From the NCBI RefSeq assembly GCF_006345805.1, contig NC_043001.1, positions 5,952,001-6,016,000 on the forward strand: a stretch of 64,000 bases of DNA. Reading direction: 5' to 3'. Source of the stretch: Octopus sinensis. Taxonomy: Eukaryota. A program made the position numbers and the translations under genes. Each line of letters opens with the position of its first letter. Positions within the stretch are counted from its first letter, which is position 1. Positions 38,001 to 52,398 of the stretch are shown here, in pieces. The notes under the pieces were generated by a model, which did not search any database, was not told the DNA's origin, and saw only the letters and a program-made list of their open reading frames with translations.

Positions 38001-38215
38001 ATTCTTTTCTACTCAAGGCACAAGGCCCGAAATTTTGGGGGAGCGGTTCAGTCGATTAGATCTACTCCAGTACGCGACTGTTATTTAATTTATCGACTCC
38101 GAATGGATGAAACGCCAAGTCGACTACCGCAGAATTTGAACTCCGAACGTAAAGACAGACGAAATACGGCTAAGCATTTCGCCCGGCATGCTAACGTTTC
38201 TGCCAGCTCGCTTCC
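38001..38215 (-). mobile_element. tRNA-derived SINE, family 1 (near full length)
   Basis: Reverse complement GCGAGCTGGCAGAAACGTTAGCATGCCGGGCG (A box)...GAGTTCAAATTC (B box)...tail GGGCCTTGTGCCTTGAGTAGAA. Confidence 0.85.
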
Positions 38216-39562
38216 TTAAATGAGACATTATATTACGTGAAAACGGAAATCCATGGAAGATTTGTGCATCTTTCTTTTGACAAATGCAAAGGGAAGGTGC
38301 GTAATATCTATGCGTACAATATCAATTGTAGGTAATTAATTCAATGATTTGGTGCCAAATACAGAACCCTGAAGGTTACAGTTTACAACAGCTTACTATT
38401 AGGCGTGTCTTACAAAGAAACTTTGCTATGTTGCTTATAACATATATTATTCTAAATCCTGTATTTAGTTACATTCCGTTTTCGAGTTCTCCCTAAAAGG
38501 AGTTCCTTTTGTTGTATTTGTTTCTTTTGGAATTACATCCCAGCTTTTGCAACAAATATAATGAAGTTAGTGTTAATCTAAAATTCTCCATAAAAATGAG
38601 GGCATTGTATTATTTGAGATTAATCGTTTCAAATGTAATATGCTTTATATTGGTAAACAATGTCAGAATCTAACGGATTTTTATACTGAGGGAATGTATT
38701 TGGAGATATATGCCACCGTTAAATTTAAGATTTTATTAATGTCTAAAGATATACGTTGTATTTATATGAGTACAAAGCTATGACTACTTACCATATATTG
38801 TCTATGTAAGAATTTCCTTCATAAAAATGATGATAATTCAAACGTTGTTGAACACAACAGATTTGAACTTAATAGTTTAACATAATTTCCGCAAAGTCTT
38901 AAAGAACACAATTTCAACTACTTTTACGAGGCAGCAAACTGGAAATTTATGATAGCCAATTATACATTATTATTGAACATATTTCCGATAGAGCTGTTTC
39001 AAAAATGAATTATTTCGATCCTCGATCCTGATTTAGATGATCGAAAATGAAAACTCTTTCGGTAGCACTATATATAGAGTTGTCCTCTATTCTCTCAATA
39101 CTCACCCACACACCCACACCCATACACACTGTCACACGCGCGCACACAAACACGTCTAGCAAAGATATGCGTAGGTATATGCGTAGGTGAACGATATGAA
39201 AGTGAAATAACTGCCCCTGGTCACTTTTATGACTGATTAAAATAGTAGTTTAGACGTAAGATAAATGTACAAACACGATTTGCTTCCAAGTTTTTCTTTC
39301 TTAATTTTCCTTTCTTGTCGCTATAAGATTTCTTTAAATGTCTTGAATTGCATGGTCGACATCACGGAAAAGAGTCGAATTCCAAAGGCAGTCAAGCAAA
39401 TATTCCAGAAATGGCTACATAAATTTCACACAATATTGATATGGACTGCTTCATATTCTAAAACGGACGGAATGATTCCAAGAAACGAAAATTAAACGAA
39501 ATTTATGAACAAAGAACCAAAAATTCAATAAACCAAAAATTCAATAAACCATATATATACAA

Positions 39563-39641
<79 letters not shown>

Positions 39642-40578
39642 ATATATATATACATATATATATACATATATATATATATATGTATCTTTGTATATATATA
39701 CGTGTGTGTGTGTGTGTATATGTATATATATACACATACATATGCATGTGTGCGTATGTATATGTAATATATGTGGGTGTTTGTGGGTGTATTTGCATGT
39801 GTGTATATAGATATATAGTTGTATCATTCTATCGATTGAAGGCAATGAAAATCATATCTTAAATATTTCTATTTATAATCAATTATCCGTGTTAAATATA
39901 TATTTACTGAGAATGATTCGAAGCCAGTGTTCACTGGACCAGTTGCAATAAATCTTTCAATTTTTTTTAAACAATAAATTGAGTTAGAAATACATAATGA
40001 AGAATTGGTGATTAAAAGTAGAAACTTCAAATTACAAAACGAAAAAAGAAACTTATGAAGAGGAAGAACCCCGAGGATATATGATGGACAGTAAGAGTTA
40101 GATTGTGTAGTAACTATAGAAACGAAATACGGATGAGAATTACTTAAGCATTTAAATACACGCGGATGCGCATGCTTAGACACATACAAGCAAACATACG
40201 CACAGACGCATCTATATTCATTATTTAAATATCAGCTACTAATAGTTTCAGGTTCTTGAAACACAATTCCGACAGATCTATCGTGTCTTGTGCCTGCATG
40301 TGATTCTCAAAGTTCGAATACTCATTTTTAAGTATACTGTAGGTGGAATACAATTTAACTTGTACTGGCCTGGTTACATTTATGTTGTTCCTAGTCATAA
40401 CTTCAAAGCTCTGTACTCGTCAGATGCTTCGAACTGAAAAATGCTTATATAGAGATGGACAGAAAATTTTTAGTATCGATATACCTAGGTGAAATAACAT
40501 CAGCGACAACACCAGCAAGAAATATTTACACACACATACACATACATACATACATACATACATATATATCTATATCCA

Positions 40579-40646
<68 letters not shown>

Positions 40647-40693
40647 CATCCATCTATCTATCTATCTCTATCTATCTATCTATCTATCTATAT

Positions 40694-40775
<82 letters not shown>

Positions 40776-41072
40776 GGAGGCGCATGGCCTAGTGGCTATG
40801 CTGTTGTACTCACGATTGTGAGACTGTGTGTTCGATTTCCAGACCGGTCGTTGCGTTGTGTTCTTGAGCAAAGCACTTCATTTCTATTTGCTGTGAGAGC
40901 ATTTCGACATCTTACATGGGTCCCCAGGTGCACCTGTAATAATTATGTCGATCTGATGGAGAGAGTGAGCTGATGTATGCACAAACAGTAGATCACCATA
41001 AACAAATCATATGTGTTGTGGTTCTGGAAGTAACTTTCGAACCCTCAAAGGACGGGAGAGCCCATCACCACA
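40776..41072 (+). mobile_element. tRNA-derived SINE, family 4
   Basis: GGAGGCGCATGGCCTAGTGG (A box), GTTCGATTTCC (B box), then TTGTGTTCTTGAGCAAAGCACTT shared with 28207 and 49227. Confidence 0.8.
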
Positions 41073-42290
41073 CATATATATATATGTGTGCGTGTGTGTG
41101 TTTGTGTGTATAGAGAGAGAGAAAGAGCGAGAGAATATATCAAATGAGAGCGGGTGAATACGACCTTACTCCAGCACGCCTGAAGTGCCGATACCTTCAA
41201 AAACTACCAAAAACTGTAGCTAAGATATACGCGAGGTTGAAAGCGGGCTAGTGAGAGAAAATTCAAAAGATCTCACGTTAATTTTGAATCGGTTCTAATT
41301 ACTGGATTCAAGGGGAAAATAGCGTTTTTTCTTCGTAAATATACGGAAATATAGGTCCAAATAACAATACATACCGTCCAAAGCAAGTTCGCACGGCTAC
41401 ACGAGAAAGTCAATTTATTAATTCCCTCACGACAGTCACGTGTATACTATAGGAATAGTCAAGCAGTAAATGCTCTTCCGGTTAGGAGTAATATAATCAA
41501 ATTATTTTATTTAAATCATTTATTAATTCATAAAAGAATATAACGATAAAAAATCATGTTCATGAATCTTATTAAGTAGCCCGATGTTCTTACAAGAATA
41601 TTCCAAGTATTGGAACTTCTGTTTAGTTCCTGGTTATTCAATATCATGCTTGATGGAATCTGTATGAAGATGGCTGACTACGGTCCATGTATGACATCAT
41701 TCAAGTTATCTATTTGATGTTCCTACAATGTTGCTCTCTGTAACTTGGCTGAATTAATAGGTATCGCTTATGATATGAGCCTGAGATATACTGGAGATAA
41801 TCGATGTGAGGAGTTAGTGGTGAGGGTCTCCTACGACAATGTTCAACCGCTTCAACATTGCCCCTTGCATCAGAGCGCATTTGCTTCCAAGACATAAAGT
41901 TAATCTCTAAAAAGAATTGAATTTTATAAAATGTTGAACTTCTTCAATGAACACTTTTCTTTTACATCAAATATAATACTCTCACACGTTCTTTTACCAA
42001 GAGATGGATTCAAGTAGTCAAACCTTTCCTGTGGTTGTTAATATATACATTCAGGCATGTGTCTGCTTCAGTGTATGTAACTTTAAATGTGCTTACGTGT
42101 GTGTGCGTGTGCTTACATATGTGTACATGTGTGTTTATACATACACACTCTATTTTCTCTTATTCCTGTCTGTTGAAGAACGTAGGCTCGAAACACAAAA
42201 GACTTTATCACTTTCACGCGCGTCAAACTATTACATCTGCATGTTGCTCATAAACATGTCTTCATTTTATGTTTTTTTATGTAAATTCCA

Positions 42291-42333
<43 letters not shown>

Positions 42334-42974
42334 ATATCAATTAACACGGCACGGGACATTATGTAACGTAATCCATTTCATTGGATATTTCGAAACATTA
42401 TCTTAAATAGATGCTTTACCTCATAAACACTATTTTCCTAATTACCCGAAGAAAACCCGCCAAATGACAAGGAAAGGGCGTAGAGAGAAAATTATGGTTG
42501 GAGAGAGGGAGCGGAAAATATATACGTATACACGTAGCTGTGTTTGTTTGTTTATTTGTTTGTGTGTGTGTGTGTGTGTGGTGTGTGTGTGTGTGTGTAT
42601 TTGTGTGCGTGTGTTTGTGTTTGTGTGAATGCGTTTGTGTGTCTAGTATATTTATACATCATTATCATTCCTATTTGCATGCCTATTATATATTAATAAA
42701 ATCCAAGCCAGAAAACTTCTCGATAATGTTTTCTGAGTTGACGCAAGACAGTGATATATTAAAGCAAATATATTCTCGTTAATCGCACAACCAATAGTTT
42801 TATACACTTCGTAATGCATTTGAATTAACAAATTCTTCCAATGAAAATATTTACTGCAAGAAAACTTTGCACACAATTATGCAGTATTTTAGTATAATTT
42901 TAGAACTGCGTTCAGATATAAACAGAGTATGTATCTTGACAATATATCTTATTATTACAACTATTCCTTTCTTT

Positions 42975-43023
42975 ATTATTATTATCATTATTATTATCAT
43001 TATTATTATTATCATTATTATTA

Positions 43024-43094
<71 letters not shown>

Positions 43095-43116
43095 GTTATT
43101 ATTATTATTATTATTG
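42975..43116 (+). repeat. (ATT/ATC)n microsatellite
   Basis: Read directly from the sequence. Confidence 0.95.
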
Positions 43117-43254
43117 CCGTATAATTTATATTACGCTGAATATATTTTTGTAAAGAACAATAAGTTTATATGTATGCATATAAATGATGGAATGCTTTTT
43201 AATAACCCTCTCCCACTCTCTTTATATGTATATGTTTATATATGCATACATATA

Positions 43255-43292
<38 letters not shown>

Positions 43293-43316
43293 ACATATAT
43301 ATATATATATATATAT

Positions 43317-43406
<90 letters not shown>

Positions 43407-43895
43407 ATATTTATGTATGTATGTATGTATATATGTTTATATATGTGTGTGTGTATGTGGCTGTCTTTGTGTTTCTATGTGTATTACAGTGAGAGACAGG
43501 AGGAGAAATATAGACAGAGAGAAAAGGATATATTAATAGAAAGAAATTGGAAATCTCATAAGTTATAAATCGTCCTGCTGGAAAAATAATTGTGTCAGTT
43601 TGTCTGCTTCAATTATTAATGGGCTGCTAAATACTATCGGATGATATATTCGTCATTCATTACATCATAAATATAACGACACCCGGTTGGAAAAAAAAAG
43701 AATATTGCAGCTAACGTGTACAAATGAACACAAAGGTACACGATCACATATAAATACAGAAACATGGCGACATGCACCCATATATGCATACACACGCACA
43801 TATATATTTGTATGTATGTATATAAATATATGTATATAGTGTATATATGCATATATTAATTACACAGAAATTAAAAATGTAATTAGAATTGCGTA

Positions 43896-43940
<45 letters not shown>

Positions 43941-44892
43941 AAGTAAACACAAAATGGAAAAATATTGAATATAACAATGGACTTACACCAAATATTATTT
44001 CTTAATTCAATACAAATAAACTTCATCTCATCTAACAGCTGTTTCTGCTTCCAGTGTCATATGGTATTGCCATTGATATGCTAAACATAATATTCATCAT
44101 ATTTGGTAATAGGACTGATCTGGAACATGGGGCTTCGTGAAACTGAAGAAAAATACGTACATAAAAAGAAGAGTCTAGAGAAGTAAAGGAATGGCTGAAT
44201 ATGTTTAAAACATACTATTTTGCTTATGTGTCGCTTTGGAACGTTGCGAGAATGACAAAACTTAAAATAGTAATTCGTCGCTGAATGTTTTTCCATGGGA
44301 ATTTTTCCTGCAGCATACGCCAATAGGTTTAATCACACTTTTGAAGTAATCGTAATAGTTCTGAATAATTATCTTTATTATACTAATAAATAGTTTTTAT
44401 CATAATCAAGGGCCCATAATTTAACTTCAATTACTTACTTACTAAGATGTGGTGAAGTCCAACCACCTTACTTCACATACCACATTTCCATACTTGATTT
44501 ATTTATTTAATTATTTAATCCAACACATATAACAGTCCTAATAGCTTGTCTTTTGTCCTAAATTATTCCCGACAAATTATAACGAACGCTGGGCCTTAGT
44601 TATTTCTGGCTGTGTAATATGTTAACCTGCGTGTTACATTATTGTAATTATTAAGTTTGGCTTCGCTCAATGGAATATGTAATAATCTTTCTCCCTATCC
44701 TGCTTTATCTAAAGCTTTCTTATAGTATATCTCGTTTAGTATATATACATCTCATCGTTAGCCGACAGTCAGGATATAAAAGCGAATATGTTACCGACAA
44801 TGGATGGGGTTATCACAACTGAAGCTTATGTATTTTAGGTTGTCATTAAGTTTGTGACATTGTTTTGTTAATGCGGTACTAAGATCTAGTGT

Positions 44893-45262
44893 GGATGCGC
44901 AATGGCCCAGTGGTTAGGTCAGCGGACTCGCGGTCACAGGATCGGGGTTTCGATTTCCAGACCCGGCGTTGTGAGTGTTTATTGAGCGAAAATACTAAAG
45001 CTCCACGAGGCTCCGGCAGGGTGTGGTGGTGAATGCTGCTGTGCTTTTCACCACAACTTTCACTCCTTCTTGAATCTGCCGTACCTGTATTTGAAGGGTC
45101 AGCCTAGTCATACTCTGTCTCACGCTGAATCACCCTGAGAACTACGTTATGTGTACACGCGTCTTTGGAGTGCTCAACCACTTACTCGTTAATTTCATAA
45201 GCAGGGTGTTCCAGTGGTCGAAATAACTGGAAACATCATCCTCCTATCTGACGGAGTACCAC
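44893..45262 (+). mobile_element. tRNA-derived SINE, family 3
   Basis: GGATGCGCAATGGCCCAGTGGTTAGG (A box), GTTTCGATTTCC (B box); colinear with 2919-3259. Confidence 0.85.
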
Positions 45263-45584
45263 GACTGAGATTTTGTGTAACAGCTACGAATTTGACTAGG
45301 GTATGTTGCTTCTATACTGAGATGGACAGGCATCCGCTTTTGAAGAAGATGTATAAATCTTTCCTGTATTTTTCCATCTCAACGTTGGAAGGGTTATGCA
45401 AGGTGACCAATGCGTCATCGCTGTAGGGAACTCACCCTATTTCTGGTAATTCAAGATTAATGCAGTATAAAATATTAATATCGAACATACAATTTGCCAG
45501 TACGTTGCATGCAAAGGTAAATATATAAATATATATAAACAAACGCGAAAAGATACATATATTGTCTACAAACTCGTACTCATT

Positions 45585-45686
45585 TGCATCATCAGCATCA
45601 TCATCATCATCAGCATCCTCATCATCATCATCTTCTTCTTCTTCTTCTTCTTCTTCTTCTTCTTCTTCTTCTTCTTCTTCTTCTTC
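45585..45686 (+). repeat. Compound (ATC)n(TTC)n microsatellite
   Basis: Read directly from the sequence. Confidence 0.95.
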
Positions 45687-46131
45687 CCCTTCTACTTCCT
45701 AACTTTATCACTAATGCTTTTTAGTATAACGCCTACGCAAATTCTATAAACAAACCTTTCAATAGAAATATTCGCATGAACTGCTAGCCGCCACTGACCA
45801 TTCAAAATACAACAATCAAGGCACTCCCAAATCCCCCCTTCTCCTCATCATCCTTCTTCTTCCCTACCAAGAATTCACAACGACCTCGAACCCACAAGTG
45901 TGAACAAGAGAGACAGAGCAAGGCAGAAACAAGGAAAATGCCACTTATATTTGAACGCTATACAAATATTCCTTTAAAAAAACATTTCTTTTAATTTTTC
46001 TAAATTTAATTATTTAATCGTTACAGTTGAAAAGGTCTCAAAATGATGGAACCGGTACTGAAATGTTCTTTATAAAATTATTTTAGCATTTTCTATTTTG
46101 ACTTATTTTTTCATATATATATATATATATA

Positions 46132-46503
46132 TGAGGGTGAATCAAAAAGTAGTGCCATTTTGTTTAGGTCAGGTATACTTACCAACACAGGGACATGAAT
46201 CATTCATCAACATGAGGCTGGTCGTCTATAGATAACAACCCTTCTTCTCAACATGGTCACCGTTTCTCTCAATAGCAATGTTCCACCTACGAATGAGAGC
46301 ATGTTTCCCTGCCCTCTAAAATTCTGTTGACTGTTCTTTGAGTCACTTCTTCACTACAGTTTTCATTTCCCCGTCACTAGAATAATGTTTTGCCTGTCAA
46401 ACCCTCTTTCGTGGCACCGAAGATATGATAGTCTGAAGCCGCTAAATCTGGTGAGTGTGGAGGTAGTGAAGAAGTGGCTCAAAGAACAGTCAACAGAATT
46501 TTA
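46132..46503 (-). mobile_element. Mariner fragment (one TIR plus transposase C-terminus) ending in a fold-back duplication
   Basis: TIR-like TA|TGAGGGTGAATCAAAAAGT; minus strand PHSPDLAASDYHIFG...KTVVKK*LKEQSTEF...RRWNIAIERNGDHVEK. Confidence 0.85.
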
Positions 46504-46829
46504 CATAAATATACATAAATATAAACACGCATGCACCCACACACATGCATTTACATGATACGTAGAAATGCACGCACATATGCGTGCATGTACACACGTA
46601 CGCACAAGAAATACACAGACAGCTAATTTTGCATACATACATACAAGCATAAAGAATATGATGGTTTTAATTCATTCCTTATCTAAACGAGATTTCTCTA
46701 TACAAACATATACATATACAAGCACGATATACATACATATGCGCACACATGAATACGTACATGTGCATATATATAGACGCGTATAAGGAGCCCAAAGACA
46801 GCCGCTGCTAAGCCCTTTCCCGGTGTTGG

Positions 46830-47330
46830 GCAAATGCGAGGTCAAGAAACAATTGTAAACGCCGTGAGTTGTGGAAGACATGCGGTAAAGTAAACATGTA
46901 ATCGATTGAGCTTCGTCCAGAATAAGGTAAGCGCTTCCTCCGATATATTGAGCTCAACAATTCCCCTCTAACTTTCTTGCAGACTCTTAGCAAAGCCTTT
47001 ACCAAGGAAGCTAACAGAAAGATTTATCTTCAAATTAGAAAATTCTGTCTTAACTCTCTTTTCAAATATTGAGATTATCACCTTCGATTGCCATTACTTT
47101 GGCGTCTTTCCCGTGTTCCGAAACATCCAGCATATTCCACTCAGCCAGTGGAAACCTTCTGTAAGTCTTTAAATCTCCCAAGCGGAAATTACTTCTTCCC
47201 TAGTAACTTTGTCGCATTTGCGTGATTTAATCGTATCTACTGTTTCAGGGTCTCTGAAATTAGTCTACCAGGATGTTTTATCGTGAACGGATTTATAAGA
47301 TCATCAAAATATGCTCTCCATCCCTTAGCA
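46830..47330 (-). mobile_element. Decayed RTE-clade LINE, RT N-terminal region
   Basis: Minus-strand WLSGIC...GKTPK*WQSKVIISIFEK...LGKGFAK and GRSSIDYMFTL resemble RTE RT subdomains (DWQxxVIIPIxKKG, GRSTxDQIFTL). Confidence 0.6.
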
Positions 47331-48690
47331 ATGCTTTTCTGTATATAGGGAATCGAATCCAGTTTCTTTATTCTAAGAGAAAAAGAGAGAATTTTGTTAC
47401 GGAACCAGAGGATGGTCTGTTAGGAACTCCGAGATCATCTGAAATCAACGACCTCCCACGACTCAGCCTTGCCAGTTTTATTCCTTCTCACGCAGTGTTT
47501 ACCGCCTGCACAAAAGGTTAGACTTCTTTCAAAGTCATGTTTATATAAATTGTACTTCCATGGAAAGCACGGTGTACCTTTGATCACCTTGCACCACATC
47601 GAGACACGTTCTCCTACATCATTTTACATGTGATGAAGAAACCCCTGAACCCTCAACAATCTGACTGTCTCTTCGTTTCAACATCTACAGTTTCTTCTCA
47701 CAATGCGGCAGAAAAGTTTGAAATATAAATTCCTTCAATACGCTACTTATCCTTCCTCCACATTTTAGTTTCGCTATTCAAACAATACCAAAATCTGTTT
47801 GGGAGCGAATATTTCCTTTTCAGAATTAAATCATTTATTTATTGCTCTTTTATTTTTTTTCGAAACATCACTGATGTGTGTTTGAAGCATGCATGAGCTA
47901 ATACGTCTCATACAATAGCAAAATGAATATCGTAATCAAAGTATGAAAGGAAGTTTAAATGCAATGGAAATAATAGCTTTCATTACGTCCAGCGTTCAAC
48001 ATTTTTAGGTCATTTCAAATAATATTAATACGACTTGCATTAACATTTTTGATTCTAGCAACATTTTCAAAAAGAGAGGCTTAGTAATAATTCTAGTTTG
48101 TAACAGTTCATTCCACATGAAATATAATAATCATTAAAATTATGCATTAGAAGTAAACCGAAGACTATGAAGACTCGGAAAATTCAACTGCAATAATGGA
48201 ATTTTAGAAAATGTTGGAGACCTAACTAAAATGATAACTTTGACAGAACGAAAAGTCGCACATTAATTATTATCTGAAGTTTCCGGTCCAGTGATTGCAG
48301 TTGTGGCGGATTCCTAATCACTTTGTTGTTAACTATTGATTATTGAATTTAAAATATTTTTAATTTTATACTTAAATCCTTGCAAATTCTAATCTAAAGA
48401 ACAAACACAAACACGGGTTTTTAACATACTTTTTCTTCCTATATTGTTTAATATTTAAACACGCCTAAACTTTGTAAATATTCATAAAATGTGTTTCATC
48501 ATGCTAATGACTCACATGCAAATACGTGTGAGTCCATGTGTAAATACACATACGCACATACACACATACACACACAAACACACTCATAGATATATTCTCT
48601 TTCATTTTACACTGTTTAAACGAAAGTATGCTATGGAGTACGTGAATGATACCGACACGTATACTTACACACAAGTGTATATGCATGTTT

Positions 48691-48765
<75 letters not shown>

Positions 48766-49226
48766 TATATATATATATAATATATATTATATATATATAT
48801 ATATATACAGAGAGGGGAGAGAGACAGGGAGACAGAGAGAGAGAGGTTGATGTGGTATTGAATAATGCACATATATGTTACCTGCAAGGATTAATAAATT
48901 TATGCCGTTGAACTTCTAAAATATTTACTGAAATATTTTATGGCAGTTAACGGCATGAATTAAATATTTTAAAATTATATTTGAGCATCTTACTAATAAA
49001 GTGCTAAGAATATTTATAAATAGTCATCGGCATAAATTTGCTGATTCTCGATTTATGGAAATCACATGTAAATCCATCTACATTTTTTAAGAAGAAAATG
49101 TCTGAAATTATCATGGTTATGTATGTATGTATGTATGTATGTATGTATGTATGTATGTATATATGTATGTATGTATGTATATACGTATGTACCTATGTAT
49201 GTTTTTATGTATGTAGGTATGTATTG

Positions 49227-49490
49227 CGAAGACGTATGGGTCGTTGGAGGGAGCATCGTGCTCACAACAATGTGGTGGTGAGTTCGATTCCCGGAATGGG
49301 CTTTGTGTTGTGTTCCTCAGCAAGGCACTTTATTTTCCGTTGCTGCAGTTTACTCACTTGTTGAACTGAGTAGCGACGTCACTGATGCGAAGCTGTATCG
49401 GCATCTCCCTTAGAATACATTGGTGGCCTGATGAGGGAACGTTTGAATGCATGGGCGACCGCTGGTCTTTCGTAAACCACCTTGCTCCTA
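49227..49490 (+). mobile_element. tRNA-derived SINE, family 4-like
   Basis: GTGCTCACAA...GAGTTCGATTCCC (B box), then TTGTGTTCCTCAGCAAGGCACTT. Confidence 0.65.
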
Positions 49491-49570
49491 AAAACACACA
49501 CTCTCTCTCACACACACATATACATATATGTGTTTGTGCGTGTGTATTTACAAGTCTACTAATATATATG

Positions 49571-49604
<34 letters not shown>

Positions 49605-50099
49605 ATATATATATACAAGATAAGAAAATGGAGAAATATATCTAAATCAATATCAATTACCAGATAATACTTAATTACATACGTTATTAAACCACCACAT
49701 AAGAGACTGTAGGGTTAAATATAAAAAGCAGAACAAATCAGTGTACATAAAGGAATGTACATAAAAAGTGTACATAAAAGAGTAATGTTGTATAATAAGT
49801 AGAATATATATAAAAGAGAATATAAATATAAGTAAATATAAATATAAGTATATATATATATATATATATATATATACTTCTATATACATGTGTGTAATTG
49901 CGTGTGTCTAATATATATATCGGATTTAAATGTGACTCACTACAATCTACATACAATGTTAGTATGATCGTCAAACGGACGATATCGTACCGTGCAATCT
50001 CCTGTAATATCGTAGTATGAATTTTATAATAGCTCACATTTATATTAATAATGAATGAGACGATGTATAACTGTTACGCGATAAAGTTATATTTTGTGT

Positions 50100-50500
50100 A
50101 CACAACGAAAATCAGAGCAGGGCAATATATACGTGCGGGTGGAAAGGTATACAGGGTATCCCCGAACCTAACTGACTCACAAGGATGTTCACCAGCAGAA
50201 TCAATGTTTGTTAGAAAGGTGAAGACAGTATTCGATAAACGGTTACCAATGAAGAAAAAATATGTGCTAGTAAACGGCATGCTGACATTCTTTAGAATCC
50301 GTGATTAGGCATATGCAAAAAGGTACAAAAATGGAAGGCAATATATGGAAGAAGGAGAAATACACAGGCAGAATGGTGTATGTTGTAAGAATCAGAAATG
50401 GAATGGAAAGGAGACATAGAAATGAGCTTAAGGAAGGAGTCATAGAAACGGAACCAACAAGAGTAGAAATACCCGTTGATTGGCTATACGACACTTGAAA
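50100..50500 (+). mobile_element. Gypsy/Ty3 LTR retrotransposon integrase C-terminal remnant
   Basis: YRVSPNLTDSQGCSPAESMFVRKVKTVFDKRLP (cf. YRxTP...SPAELxFGRxxRTxxDxLxP) and a frameshifted GRMVYVVR...RRHRNEL (cf. G.xxYxV...RRHxNQL). Confidence 0.65.
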
Positions 50501-50757
50501 AGAAGTGAAAACCATACTCACAAGGAAATGGGAGAACACTGCCTTCCTAAAAGTAGCCCCTAAGAAGAAAAGATATTGAATAATATATTTGTGTGGGGCG
50601 GTTGGCTAAGTATGAATGTATGTATTAATATATCTATCTATCCATACACACACACCAAAACACTCTAACTCACTCACCTACATGCATGCATATATATATA
50701 TATAATATATATATATATATATAGATAGATATATATAAATATATATATATACATATG

Positions 50758-50789
<32 letters not shown>

Positions 50790-50922
50790 ATATAAACATA
50801 TGTATATATATATGTATATATATATGTATACATATATACATATGTATATATATGTATATACATACATAATATACATATATATACATATATATATATATCT
50901 ATATATATATATATACATATAA

Positions 50923-50985
<63 letters not shown>

Positions 50986-51759
50986 ATATTATATATACAC
51001 ACACACATACATACATACATACATATATATACATACCTTTAAAGGTATTTTTAATATGCTTGCCATTGATAAATTTTTTTCGAAAAAATCTATCCTATAT
51101 TAGATATATATGCATACATGCAACTCTCGAAGCTAGCCACTTAAAACAGAATTCAGTTGCAAATCACATGATTATATATATACCTATATATATGTGTGTG
51201 TGGTGTGTGTGTGTGTATATATATATATACATATATAAATTTGACATGGGTGATTCTTCCTTGTCTTGTGATTCACGCTCAAACGGGTGGGTGGAATTTC
51301 GCTTTGTATTTTTTGATAGCGCCCATGGTTACCAAGATAATCTACTATAATAATACTCTTGTGTTTATGAATGAGAAAGGTAGGATGATAGAGGAATAAG
51401 GAAGGAAATAGTGAGATGATGAAAATTATACGCTGAAAAAATAAATCAAAAAGCGTTTCTGCCCTCTATGAATATATATGTGTGTGTATGTAAAAGGATG
51501 ATGTATGTGTGCGTGCGTGTGTGTTTATATGTGTGCGTGTACGCGCGCGATGGAAGTGGGATAGTTCATCATTGTTCGCTTAGTATTTGGGTTTAGTTTT
51601 TGATTTGGTTGAATCCTGGTCTTTTTGTGTTTGTCAGTTCTTTTTAGAGTTTTGACAGAAAAGAAGGGATTCCAAATTCGCTTTTCACGTAAGCGTGCCC
51701 AAACAAGTCGAATGCTTACACAGAACGGGTTTTATAGCCCCATCATCCAAACCGACCGC

Positions 51760-51789
51760 CGACCGGTTGAAACCGGTCGTAGCTGCTAG
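51760..51789 (+). mobile_element. 3' terminus of a second Helitron-like element
   Basis: Perfect 7-bp hairpin CGACCGG-TTGAAA-CCGGTCG, then TAGCTG and CTAG|T; the 5' end is possibly near 51462 (TCTATGAATATAT). Confidence 0.55.
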
Positions 51790-51798
51790 TATATCTAA

Positions 51799-51909
<111 letters not shown>

Positions 51910-52073
51910 CCAGATTGAATTCATTTTCCATATCTTCACAAATGGTTGCCAGTCATGCAGAATTGTTTCTTGTCTATTTTATATTTTTGCTAATGTGTAG
52001 TGAAATCATTGCAAACTGAACCATTTTTTCGAACCTTTGGAGAGAAATAAAATGTCTGATTATAAGTGTAGAA

Positions 52074-52398
52074 TCAGACGAAAATATGGATGAGAGGTGC
52101 AGGTACTGTGAACGAAGATGTGCCACAGAACAGATTCAGGTGTTTCATTGAAGTTGTCGTTAGCTTCCGTGTTAAATCATGTTTAGTGGCATTTGTAATT
52201 GAAAATGGGGCGGCCAGAGCTTGATCTTTATCAAAGTTACACCATTCAAAGCCTCTGTCATCTCGGCCTTGTAAAGCGACTCTGCAACATCCTCCCGCCA
52301 ATGGTCCATTTCCCGAATGGACAGAGGTTCGACAAGGTGGATGTGTTTGAAAACAGATCCATCCCAGCATGGTCTTGCCCGTTAACCAGCCAACGGGC
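52074..52398 (+). mobile_element. 325-bp insertion flanked by a 12-bp direct repeat (probable 5'-truncated retroposon)
   Basis: ATAAGTGTAGAA at 52062-52073 and 52399-52410; the insert ends in hairpin GCCCGTT-AACCAGCC-AACGGGC. Confidence 0.6.

Noticed and set aside
39515-39550. 16-bp tandem duplication AACCAAAAATTCAATA next to a (TA)n tract
   Set aside because: An ordinary slippage duplication with no inserted sequence between the copies.
41150-41500. Locally CpG-richer stretch (also 37540-37680) suggestive of regulatory DNA
   Set aside because: No specific motif or linked gene start supports a promoter or enhancer call.
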